Positions 49,388-58,061 of a stretch of 64,000 nt of DNA are shown here, one piece after another. Numbering within the stretch: the first letter of the stretch is position 1; the number at the start of each line of letters is the position of its first letter. Source of the DNA: Fibrobacteria bacterium (GTDB lineage Bacteria > Fibrobacterota > Fibrobacteria > UBA11236 > JADFYW01); the NCBI GenBank assembly GCA_050294405.1, contig JBNKOC010000019.1, positions 1 through 64,000 of the forward strand. Direction: 5' to 3'. The translations under genes were made by a program, and so were the position numbers. A model generated the notes under the pieces. That model saw nothing but the letters and a program-made list of their open reading frames with translations. It did no database searches and was not told the DNA's origin.

Positions 49388-49737
49388 TAAATATGGAGCC
49401 CTCCTGCTTCGAATTCTTCCAATGTTTCATTTCCCCATAATTTTAGGCAACTGGCGTCGGCCAATTGAAACACAACAATGCCAATATCTCTGGAGCTTTT
49501 CACACCCCATTCTTTCAAAACTATTTCCGTAAGTTCTCCAAATTCTGCTTTTAACCTGTTGTTAATAAGCGAGCAAATTTTTTTGGGAGAAAGGTGGTAA
49601 TTCGCCTTTTTATCATCTATGTAATTTTCTTTTCGGCTCGTATACACAATAGTATCGTATACATAACGATAAAATTCAGGCTGAAAATGCAGGCCATCCC
49701 GGCTGAGAGCCTCTGCTAAAAAATCATTCAGGGACAT
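49387..49737 (-). CDS. Minf_1886-like conserved protein
   Basis: HLS...EFGELTEIVLKEWGVKSSRDIGIVVFQL pattern; ATG at 49737 preferred. Confidence 0.7.
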   Translation of the reverse strand: MSLNDFLAEALSRDGLHFQPEFYRYVYDTIVYTSRKENYIDDKKANYHLSPKKICSLINNRLKAEFGELTEIVLKEWGVKSSRDIGIVVFQLADASCLKLWGNETLEEFEAGGLHI

Positions 49738-50797
49738 CGCTATCGTCCTCCTGAAGCAAATAGGCAAGTTCGGGGTTTTTATCCCAGGGAATGTTTATTC
49801 CCAACTTATTCCACCCTAACCAAAGACCTGGTAGTTTGGTAGTGGAATCCTGGGAAAAAATTCCCAGGGTATCTCCGGCATTTATTTGAGCTCCTAACAT
49901 CAAATTCTCTTTTAGGGCCTTTAAATTTTGTATTTCCAGGAAATTGCCATTTCCGCAATATAATATAACCGAATATGCATGGGGAGATGTCACAGACATA
50001 TCCACTAAGGTTGTTTTAATAGCAGTTACAAAATATTCCGATGGTAGCGGAGAAATTTTCAAAAGCAAAGGATTTTGCCTTTCCCAATGGACATTCTTTT
50101 TTTCACCCACGGAAAAATCAAGGACCATTTTTCCAATCACATCCGAATCCGAAGATCGCCTATAATCTTTACAACTTTTTCCCTGGCAATACTTACCCGA
50201 ATACAAAAGAGTATCTATTCCGTTGGAATCTAAAATTGCTTCCAGCGCACCCCGCTGCAGCTGAAATGGCAGAGCTTTGCTGGAATCTGGAATAGAAAAA
50301 CTCACTTGGGCCAATAAAAAAGCATCCTCTCCATATTTTTGAAAATCTGCTTCCAATGTATAAAGCGAGTCCCAATATTTATGAGGAGATAAAAAAGCAA
50401 GTTGTTCCATAACAGCTCGAGGCAGCTCTGGATGTATATTGGATAATTCCTGAAAACATAATTTCCTGGGAGATTCCGGACACATCAAGGAAAAAAAACT
50501 GGAATCTTTAGACCATCTCAGGTGAAAAATATTTTTCCTTTTATTTTGGCTTTCTGATATAGTTTCTAATTCCAGTTTAGCGGGCAAGGAAGCTGAAACC
50601 AGGTTAGAGGCCAGACTATCCTGTTTAGAGGCTTCTTCGGGAGTTCTTTTTAATTCTTCCTGCCTCCAATACAACCATGCCGCTAAAAGTCCCAAACTTA
50701 AAACTAAAAACAATAGACGGGCTCGTCGTTTTTTAATTTTTTCCGAACGCAAAGAGCCGCCAAAAGGCGGCTTGTAATCTCGTTGGAAAGGTTTCAC
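49724..50797 (-). CDS. Membrane-anchored hypothetical protein, possibly with a degenerate M23-like C-terminal fold
   Basis: Basic N-terminus plus one TM helix; C-terminal VILYCGNG...NL...GAQINAGDTLG without metal-binding His motifs. Confidence 0.6.
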   Translation of the reverse strand: MKPFQRDYKPPFGGSLRSEKIKKRRARLLFLVLSLGLLAAWLYWRQEELKRTPEEASKQDSLASNLVSASLPAKLELETISESQNKRKNIFHLRWSKDSSFFSLMCPESPRKLCFQELSNIHPELPRAVMEQLAFLSPHKYWDSLYTLEADFQKYGEDAFLLAQVSFSIPDSSKALPFQLQRGALEAILDSNGIDTLLYSGKYCQGKSCKDYRRSSDSDVIGKMVLDFSVGEKKNVHWERQNPLLLKISPLPSEYFVTAIKTTLVDMSVTSPHAYSVILYCGNGNFLEIQNLKALKENLMLGAQINAGDTLGIFSQDSTTKLPGLWLGWNKLGINIPWDKNPELAYLLQEDDSDVPE

Positions 50798-52899
50798 TAT
50801 TTAAGAATAATGTATTCGGATTTATTCTTACCTGGACGCACCATAATTTGCTTGGTGGCAGATTGCGCGCCTTTGGTGAGTTTAATATTGTGAGCACCTG
50901 ATGGGACTTCTAGCCAATGAGGCGTTTGAAATCCCATTTTTTTACCATCTACTTCCACTTCCGCACCTGGCGGACGACTAGCTAAAAATACTCTTCCGAT
51001 AGGACCTGTTCCCACTGGCGCTGAGGACGGCGTAGAAGCTTTAGGTTCTGGTTTTGGGTCTGGGCGAGCTTCTTCCACAGGTTCGGGCTTGGGCGTTGAA
51101 GCTTTGGGAGCTTCTGTTCTTTCCGGCTCCAAATCCACATCCAAACTGGTTTTGGTGGTGGTATTTAAAAGCTTGGTCTGGTACTTTTTGTAACCGGATT
51201 TATTCACAATAATGGTATTGGAGTTGTTGTTTAAGGTAATGGTTAAAGGCGTTTTTCCCTTGTTGGAAAAGTTTACCAACACATCAGCCCCGCTGGGATT
51301 AGAAGTAACACGGATTTTTGCTGGTCCTGATGGTTCCGGTTCAGGTTCCGGCTCGGGCTCCGGTTTTGATCTTTCCACAGGACGAGAGACTTCTCTTTTG
51401 GGTTCACTACCAGATTCGGATTCCAAATCCACATTTAAGCTGCTTTCATGATCGTCTCTCGAAATTTTGGTTTGGTACTTTTTATATCCTTCTTTTTTTA
51501 CAATAACGATATTGGTTTTATTTTGAAGTTCCACAGTTATAGGAGTCTCCCCCTTTTTAGCAAAGTTAACCATTACTTCCGCGCCACTGGGACTGGAAGT
51601 TATGCGAATGGTTTCACCCTGAGGAGTAGAACTTTCTCTTCTTTCCACTGGCCTTGGTGTGGATTTTGGTTTTGAACTTTCGCTCCGGGAAACTTCTTTT
51701 TTAGGTTTTGGCTTTGGAGTTTCTTTTTCCACCACTTCGTCTTCAATAAAACTTTCTTCCTCGGCTGTAGAATCATCCGCTGCTCTTTGTAAGACGCTGC
51801 TATCCACTGTAGAAGTGTCAAACATGGTTTCTTTATCCGCATCAGGAATATAAGGCTTTTCCGTTTCTGCCTGAGATTTTCCTTTGAGCAAGTCTGTGTT
51901 GTTTTTTACCCAATAAAATCCGCCCCCAACAATGGCCAAAAGAATAATTCCGATAATGATGGTAGGCAGCTTGGAACTGCTTTTTTCATCTACCAGGTTA
52001 TAGGCATTCGGTCTTGGAACATTATCCTCTTTTTTAACCACTTCGCCACTAACAGTGTCATCTGTAATAATGAGCCCCGTATTGGCTTCCTCGGATTCAT
52101 CCCATTGGCGTCCGCCTGTTCTTTTAACAGGTTTTACACGGCCACTTGGATTCCGAAGCCTGTCCTGGGGACCCAGCCTACCACGGGATGCGGCATCGCC
52201 ATCTTTTTCGGAGGAGTTGGATTCATCTGAATCACTTGCCGCCGAAGAACTCAAACCTAAATCAGCAAAAGCTGAGGTGGTTGTATCTTCATTGCCTGCT
52301 GAAAGAGCTTCAATTTCTTCAGTCTCGGATAAAGACTCTGTCTTTGACTCTTCTTCTTTTTTACTGTCTTCTTCTTTAAGGGGAAGCAGGTCTTCTTTTT
52401 TGGTAAAGGGAGAAGAGCCATCTTCCGGTGTTAAAATTTTTTCGATTTTAGCTTCGAAGGCCGCATCTAGTTTGGGCTCTTCTTTTTTCTCTTTCACAGG
52501 AGGAACAACTGGAGCAGTTGGAGCTTTTGCTGCGGGGGCCTTAGGGGCTGAAGGGGCGATGAGCTGTGAATCTTTTTTCACCTCTTCCTCAGAGCCATAA
52601 ATTTTCATCATGTTGTCCAGGCCCGCACTTTCGGCGATTTCCCGAACTTTGGCGGTTCGAACCAAAAGGCCCAAACGACCAGCAACTTGTATCATTTTTT
52701 TATTAACACCAATCAGGGCGTTAATACCATCGCTGTACAAATAATCTAAATCGCCAAGATCAACAATAAGGTTGCGTACTTCATTTTGTATTAGGAAGTC
52801 TGCAGTTTTTTTCAACTTCTCTGTATCAAAGATTTCTCCATCATCCACCTGAGCGGAGATCACTTCGAATTCGCCAATGGATTTAATATCGAACTTAAT
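50797..52899 (-). CDS. STAS domain - low-complexity linker - TM - three PEGA domains (probable ATT start)
   Basis: LIVDLGDLDYLYSDGINAL (STAS), TM IIIGIILLAIVGGGFYWV, and three PEGA units (ITSSPSGAEV, VTSNPSGADV, LASRPPGAEV). Confidence 0.85.
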   Translation of the reverse strand: MKFDIKSIGEFEVISAQVDDGEIFDTEKLKKTADFLIQNEVRNLIVDLGDLDYLYSDGINALIGVNKKMIQVAGRLGLLVRTAKVREIAESAGLDNMMKIYGSEEEVKKDSQLIAPSAPKAPAAKAPTAPVVPPVKEKKEEPKLDAAFEAKIEKILTPEDGSSPFTKKEDLLPLKEEDSKKEEESKTESLSETEEIEALSAGNEDTTTSAFADLGLSSSAASDSDESNSSEKDGDAASRGRLGPQDRLRNPSGRVKPVKRTGGRQWDESEEANTGLIITDDTVSGEVVKKEDNVPRPNAYNLVDEKSSSKLPTIIIGIILLAIVGGGFYWVKNNTDLLKGKSQAETEKPYIPDADKETMFDTSTVDSSVLQRAADDSTAEEESFIEDEVVEKETPKPKPKKEVSRSESSKPKSTPRPVERRESSTPQGETIRITSSPSGAEVMVNFAKKGETPITVELQNKTNIVIVKKEGYKKYQTKISRDDHESSLNVDLESESGSEPKREVSRPVERSKPEPEPEPEPEPSGPAKIRVTSNPSGADVLVNFSNKGKTPLTITLNNNSNTIIVNKSGYKKYQTKLLNTTTKTSLDVDLEPERTEAPKASTPKPEPVEEARPDPKPEPKASTPSSAPVGTGPIGRVFLASRPPGAEVEVDGKKMGFQTPHWLEVPSGAHNIKLTKGAQSATKQIMVRPGKNKSEYIILK

Positions 52900-53003
52900 A
52901 GTTGCCTCCAGTTTTACAGAAAAATTAAAAATTTTGTGGAGTTGTGAAACCTAATTTTTTCCCGCGGAATCTTCTCCACATATGCAAAATATAAAAGATA
53001 TGT

Positions 53004-54248
53004 TTACTCTTCTAAAATTTCTTCAGGTTCTTCTAAAATTTCTTCGGGTTCATCCTCTATCAACAATATTTCTTTTGCTTCTTCTCCCGTGGGCTCAAGA
53101 ATTTCCCTTTCTTTTTCCAACTCCACGCCGGTTTCTTGTTGGGAGGGCTGCTCTTCATGGACTTCAGGAGTTTTGGGAGCTTGTTTAACCTCCTTACTTT
53201 CTAATTGAGGAGCCTTATTTGCCATTTTTACTATGGGTGCGCGCTTACTGCGGACAAAAGAGTTGGACTTTGTTCTGAAAAAGGGATTCATGGAAAGAGA
53301 TATTCGATGGGAGGCTGTGAGGGACTCATGAGTTTGCACCCCGTAGTCCAGTCGAACCAAGTCTCTAAAATTATAGGACAGTCCAAAAGCGGCAGTCATT
53401 CTGCTGAAAGTTCGCCGGAATTCAGCAATTCCCATTCGCAGAGAGATTCCGTAATAGGAATCGTACTCAAAGGCAAGTCCCGAAGTTTTAAATACATCCG
53501 CTGGTTCCTGGTAAATACGACCGCCTTCCTCAGCCACCGAAGATTTAGAATGCCTTTGAAAAAGACCCTTGGTTTGAATGGCCAAACTAACATTTCCATA
53601 AAAATAAGGAATAGGCCATTGTCCCCCTGCTCCCAGGTAAAGGTCAGAAGGCTGATACTCCCAATAGGAACTTTCCCATCGCGTATTGGAAGGGATAAGC
53701 CCTTGCAGCAAAGCAGCGACCCGGTAGCGATTCAGAAAATAATACTGGGCAGAGAAGTCCCCCCGCATTCCCAAGCCTTTTTGATCCAGGTTTCGAAGTA
53801 GAATTTGCAAATTGGCGCCCAAATCCAGAGATTTCCACCTTCTGGAAAAAGCGGTTACCCACAAATAATCACTCACATTGAGCTCTGTAAAATCCTGAGT
53901 GAGCTCACTTCCCTCTTCGGCGTAAAAGCTTTGAGCTCCATAGCGGGAAAAACCCATGGCTATGGTATTGACTGTATCCAGAGGTAAAACAGCTGATATA
54001 TCATCGTAAGAGCTATTCCAAAATTTTTGAGTGTGTCCCAGAGAGACCCAAGTTTGAGAGGCCTCCGCTAAACCAGCAGGGTGAAAATTCAGAGAGGTTC
54101 CATCGCCCGGAAGTCCCAAAAAATTTTGTCCCATTCCGAAATAGCGAGCTCCAAAGCCTTCGGAACTTGTAAGGTTAACGCCTGAAGCCTCCTCAAAGCC
54201 CTTTGAAAATGTAAAAAAGGCCAGAATTATGAGAACATAATATTTCAC
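53004..54248 (-). CDS. PorV/PorQ-like outer-membrane protein with acidic C-terminal tail
   Basis: GFGARYFGMG, FHPAGL, GMRGD, LRMG, LDYG...SHRISL; GTG at 54248 gives a signal peptide and removes the overlap with the divergent gene. Confidence 0.75.
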   Translation of the reverse strand: MKYYVLIILAFFTFSKGFEEASGVNLTSSEGFGARYFGMGQNFLGLPGDGTSLNFHPAGLAEASQTWVSLGHTQKFWNSSYDDISAVLPLDTVNTIAMGFSRYGAQSFYAEEGSELTQDFTELNVSDYLWVTAFSRRWKSLDLGANLQILLRNLDQKGLGMRGDFSAQYYFLNRYRVAALLQGLIPSNTRWESSYWEYQPSDLYLGAGGQWPIPYFYGNVSLAIQTKGLFQRHSKSSVAEEGGRIYQEPADVFKTSGLAFEYDSYYGISLRMGIAEFRRTFSRMTAAFGLSYNFRDLVRLDYGVQTHESLTASHRISLSMNPFFRTKSNSFVRSKRAPIVKMANKAPQLESKEVKQAPKTPEVHEEQPSQQETGVELEKEREILEPTGEEAKEILLIEDEPEEILEEPEEILEE

Positions 54249-54338
54249 AGAAGTAGTATAATAAGTATTAGAGGGTCTGAAAAGCCAAGGGCTGTTTAGA
54301 TAGGGTAAATAATCCAAAATGGGAAGAAAAAGCATTCC

Positions 54339-54962
54339 ATGAGTAATACTAATACCACCATTCCGGTATTTCCCTTGCGGACCGTTATTTTTCCAGGCCA
54401 CAGCCTGCCTCTTAAAGTCTTTGAAGCCAGGTATTTAAAACTACTTCAGGATTGCTCAGAAAGCGGTCAAAAAAAATTTGCCATTGCCCTTATTAGCACA
54501 GGTGAAGAAGTAGGAGAGGCCGCAACTCCTTTCCGAGTGGGTAGTTTGGTTCACTATGATGGAGTGATGGAGGCTAACGGCGTATCTTTTATCACCCCCG
54601 TGGCCCAAAAACGGGTTTATTTTCAAAAATTTATTCGGGGCCGTAAACCATATCTGGAAGCCGAATACATCGACTACCATGATGAGGAAACCAGCCCAGT
54701 ACCCGAAGAACAACTGGAAAAAGTGGAAAAGAGGCTTAGTAACTTATGGATTTCCGGAAGCAGCGCCCAATCCAAAGAAACATTTTCAAAAATGCTGTTA
54801 AAAAAACATAAGCTTTCCGGTGAAAATTACAGTTTATTTCTATGTGGCTGTCTGAAAATCCCACTCATAAATTTACAGCATTTACTGGAAAGTAAATCCC
54901 CACAGCACCGTATAGACAACCTGGCCCATTTGCTCAGTTTGGAAAAACACGGGCTGGATTAA
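54339..54962 (+). CDS. Stand-alone LON peptidase substrate-binding (N-terminal) domain protein
   Basis: IPVFPLRTVIFPGHSLPLKVFEARY, PYL and QHLLE motifs. Confidence 0.9.
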   Translation: MSNTNTTIPVFPLRTVIFPGHSLPLKVFEARYLKLLQDCSESGQKKFAIALISTGEEVGEAATPFRVGSLVHYDGVMEANGVSFITPVAQKRVYFQKFIRGRKPYLEAEYIDYHDEETSPVPEEQLEKVEKRLSNLWISGSSAQSKETFSKMLLKKHKLSGENYSLFLCGCLKIPLINLQHLLESKSPQHRIDNLAHLLSLEKHGLD

Positions 54963-55023
54963 TTAGTGCAACTAAATTCCATTCTGGAATTTTCAAATAA
55001 AAAATTGTTATTACCTTTTTTTC

Positions 55024-55749
55024 ATGGTTGAAAAAATTGCAAAAAAAGTAAGGCTCATAAGCGAAGACCATGTTTATTTGCTTTTCACCACACTTTTTTC
55101 TGTGGTTTTGGTACTGACCAATGTTGTGGGCATAAAGCTATTTAAAGGACCTTTAAACCCCGAAGCCCATGCCCTAACTACCGGTATCATCACCTACCCC
55201 ATCACATTTCTACTTACCGATGTCGTGTCCGAAATATGGGGTTCCAAAAAAGCCAACGTCATGGTTATCCTTGGCTTCGCCATGAGCCTGGTTATGTTAG
55301 CCATTGTGCAAATAGCTCTTCATTTGCCTCCTCATCCCTATTGGGTGTCTCCCAACAATGCTTTTGGATACGAAAGCGCCGCCGAATACCAAAATGCTTT
55401 TCGTTCGGTTTTCAGCGTTAACGGCAAATTGCTATTTGGTAGTATGTTAGCTTTTTTAGTGGCCCAGCTTCTGGATGTAAAACTATTCCATATGTGGAAA
55501 AAATTAACCAAGGGCAAAATGCTATGGCTGCGCAATAATGGTTCCACGGTTATTTCCCAGTTGGTGGATACCCTGATTGTAAATAGCATTTTATTTTACT
55601 GGGGCTTTGGCTGGGAGTTTTGGCAGGGAATGGTGGTTATGGGCACCATTTATGTATATAAATTAATCATGGCTATTTTAGACACTCCCTTCATTTATTT
55701 GTTTGTGCATATTTTGAAAAAAGCCTACAGACCCTCAACAGCTAACTAA
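55024..55749 (+). CDS. yhhQ: YhhQ/VUT-family (queuosine precursor) transporter
   Basis: YPITFLLTDVVSEIWG, SMLAFLVAQLLDV, LWLRNNGSTVISQLVDT and YK...AILDTPF motifs. Confidence 0.9.
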   Translation: MVEKIAKKVRLISEDHVYLLFTTLFSVVLVLTNVVGIKLFKGPLNPEAHALTTGIITYPITFLLTDVVSEIWGSKKANVMVILGFAMSLVMLAIVQIALHLPPHPYWVSPNNAFGYESAAEYQNAFRSVFSVNGKLLFGSMLAFLVAQLLDVKLFHMWKKLTKGKMLWLRNNGSTVISQLVDTLIVNSILFYWGFGWEFWQGMVVMGTIYVYKLIMAILDTPFIYLFVHILKKAYRPSTAN

Positions 55750-55751
55750 TA

Positions 55752-56801
55752 GTGAATTTAATTTTTGATTGGTCCGGAACCTTAATCAACGATCACAAGC
55801 TCAGTTTTAAATTGACCAACCAATGTATCCGGCATTTCGGGTTTAAAGGGGTTAGCAAAAAACAATATCAGGAGGAGTTTCAAATACCTCCGGCTCCTTT
55901 TTTCCAAAAATACTGCCCGGGAATATCCATGGAAAAAATGGACCGGGCCTATTACAAATTTTATGGAAATGCGGCAGAAAAATCAAAGCTATTCCCCCAC
56001 TACGCAGATTACATCCCCCAGTGGGCCAAGGAAAACAAGCTATTTATTGTTTCCACTTTAGACGGGCCATCCATTCGAAAAAATTTAAAAAAGCAGAACT
56101 TGCTTCGATTTTTCAGTGGTATTGAGGGAAAAACCCGGGACAAATCCGTAACATTTGAAAAACTTATTCGCAAGCATAACATGAATAAAAACGAGTGCCT
56201 GGTTATTGGTGACATGACCCATGATTTGGAAAGCGCCCAAAAAAATAATTTGCCTTGCGCAGCAGTGGAATACGGATATAGCCCTCTGGGCAAACTGAAA
56301 AGATCCTCACCCGATTACATCATTCCCTCTGCCCATAAATTAAACGATATTATTGAAAAAAACCAGCAATCTCAAAATTGGAAATGGCCAATTGTGACGG
56401 TTGGGGGATTTATAATGAATTCCAAGGGGGAGGTTTTGCTGGTAAAAACAGAAAAATGGTCCAACCTTTATGGAACTCCAGGCGGAAAAGTAGACTATGG
56501 AGAAAGCCTGGCGGATGCTTTTAAAAGAGAAATTCTAGAAGAAACAGGCTATCATATACACAAGATTCAATATGTATTCCATCAGGACTGCATAGAGCAT
56601 CCCCAGTTTTACAAGCCCAGACATTTTATATTGATGAATTACATAGCTAAAATAAAATCCGGAAGTTTAAAAACAAATTACGAGAGCCAGGACGCCCTAT
56701 GGGTGCCCTTTAAAAAATTAAGCCTTTACCCTTTAAATGAGCCCACCGTAAAATTGCAAAAGGAATTAAAAAAGCGAGCCAGGGAGTTTGAAATAAAATG
56801 A
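55752..56801 (+). CDS. HAD-family phosphatase / NUDIX hydrolase fusion
   Basis: IFDWSGTL, VST, K and IGDMTHD (HAD motifs I-IV); Nudix box GGKVDYGESLADAFKREILEETGY. Confidence 0.92.
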   Translation: MNLIFDWSGTLINDHKLSFKLTNQCIRHFGFKGVSKKQYQEEFQIPPAPFFQKYCPGISMEKMDRAYYKFYGNAAEKSKLFPHYADYIPQWAKENKLFIVSTLDGPSIRKNLKKQNLLRFFSGIEGKTRDKSVTFEKLIRKHNMNKNECLVIGDMTHDLESAQKNNLPCAAVEYGYSPLGKLKRSSPDYIIPSAHKLNDIIEKNQQSQNWKWPIVTVGGFIMNSKGEVLLVKTEKWSNLYGTPGGKVDYGESLADAFKREILEETGYHIHKIQYVFHQDCIEHPQFYKPRHFILMNYIAKIKSGSLKTNYESQDALWVPFKKLSLYPLNEPTVKLQKELKKRAREFEIK

Positions 56802-57157
56802 TAGGAACTGTGTCACTTAAAGATCTAAAGGTCCATTGCATCATTGGTATACATCCCTTTGAACGGGAAACCAGCCAGGACTTATTTTTTGATATTAATA
56901 TGGAAGTTGACTTTTCCAAAGCCAGCCAAACAGAAGACATAAACCAGGCAGTGGATTATTCAGCCGTGGCCCAGATTGTGGAAGATTTTACCGTAGCTGG
57001 AAAATTTTTGTTAATAGAAACTCTGGCGGACAAACTAATTGAAGAGCTATTCAAAAATTTTTCGTTAATAGAAAACTGTGAAATAGCTATTAAAAAACCT
57101 GCCGCAGTTCCAAAAGCAAAATACGCCATGGTTCGATTGTCCCGGGGTAGAAAGTGA
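56798..57157 (+). CDS. folB: Dihydroneopterin aldolase
   Basis: IIGIHPFER..SQ, VDYSAV, FLLIETLA and IKKPAA (catalytic Glu, Tyr, Glu and Lys positions). Confidence 0.95.
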   Translation: MIGTVSLKDLKVHCIIGIHPFERETSQDLFFDINMEVDFSKASQTEDINQAVDYSAVAQIVEDFTVAGKFLLIETLADKLIEELFKNFSLIENCEIAIKKPAAVPKAKYAMVRLSRGRK

Positions 57158-57906
57158 GTAAAGCATATCTCATTACGGGGGCAGCTAAAAGGTTGGGAAA
57201 AGATTTGGCTGAGCAACTTCCCCGTGCGGGAGATACGGTTTTTGTTCACTATAACAATAGTGAAAAAGAGGCGCTCAGCCTCTGCCATGATTTATCTAAA
57301 AGGAAGATAAAAGCGCATGCCTTAAAAGCAAATATCCGCCTGGAAAAACAATGTGAAGACCTGGTAAAACAGTTGAAGGCAAAAGGCGGAAAATTGGATG
57401 TTTTAATTAATAACGTGGGAAATTACTCTACAGGCAATTTGCTTGAATTTTCTCCCAAGCAATTTAAAAGCATATTGGAAGCCAATTTAATGGGCAGCTA
57501 TTATTTAATGCACTTTTGCCAGGACCTGATTTCAAAGGGAGGGAGCATAATTAATTTAGGCTACACCGGACTTTTGGGAACCCTGGCCGATGTCCACTCC
57601 ACCGCCTACACCATTTCTAAAACGGGGCTGTTAATTCTTACCAAATCCTATGCCGAACTGTTGGGGCCAAGAAAAATAAACGTAAATATGCTCTCTCCAG
57701 GTCAACTGGAAAACAGTGTGGACCTGCCGCGGAACTTAAAAGATTGGATTCCCATGGGAAAAGCTGGCACCAGTAGTGAAATTAGTAATATGATTAAGTA
57801 CCTAGTTTCCCCCAAAGGGAAATATATCACAGGTCAAAATATCGAAATTTCGGGAGGCTACATGATGTCTCTTTCCAGCCATTTGTCCCCTAAAAACAAC
57901 CATTAA
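57154..57906 (+). CDS. SDR, pteridine/dihydromonapterin reductase-like (FolM/PTR1 type)
   Basis: TGAAKRLG (Arg-containing NADP motif), VHYNNS, LINNVG, YTISK, VNMLSPG; adjacent to folB. Confidence 0.8.
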   Translation: MSKAYLITGAAKRLGKDLAEQLPRAGDTVFVHYNNSEKEALSLCHDLSKRKIKAHALKANIRLEKQCEDLVKQLKAKGGKLDVLINNVGNYSTGNLLEFSPKQFKSILEANLMGSYYLMHFCQDLISKGGSIINLGYTGLLGTLADVHSTAYTISKTGLLILTKSYAELLGPRKINVNMLSPGQLENSVDLPRNLKDWIPMGKAGTSSEISNMIKYLVSPKGKYITGQNIEISGGYMMSLSSHLSPKNNH

Positions 57907-58061
57907 ATCCAAATTCAAAAATTGGATTTAGTTATTGCAATCTAAAGAAACTCAAAATATTATTTAAGCATGCCCGGATTTACCGGCTGAAAAAATAAGC
58001 AGTCCACATTTAGGGTTCCTAGTCCCCAACTGCAAAAAATATCAAAGGGAGGACAGATTGT

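Noticed and set aside
54249..54401. Long N-terminal extension of the PorV-like ORF
   Set aside because: It overlaps the divergent LON-domain gene; GTG at 54248 yields a normal signal peptide.
54963..55023. preQ1 riboswitch upstream of yhhQ
   Set aside because: Short hairpins and an A-run are present, but I do not see the preQ1-I stem/loop consensus. An Rfam scan would settle it.
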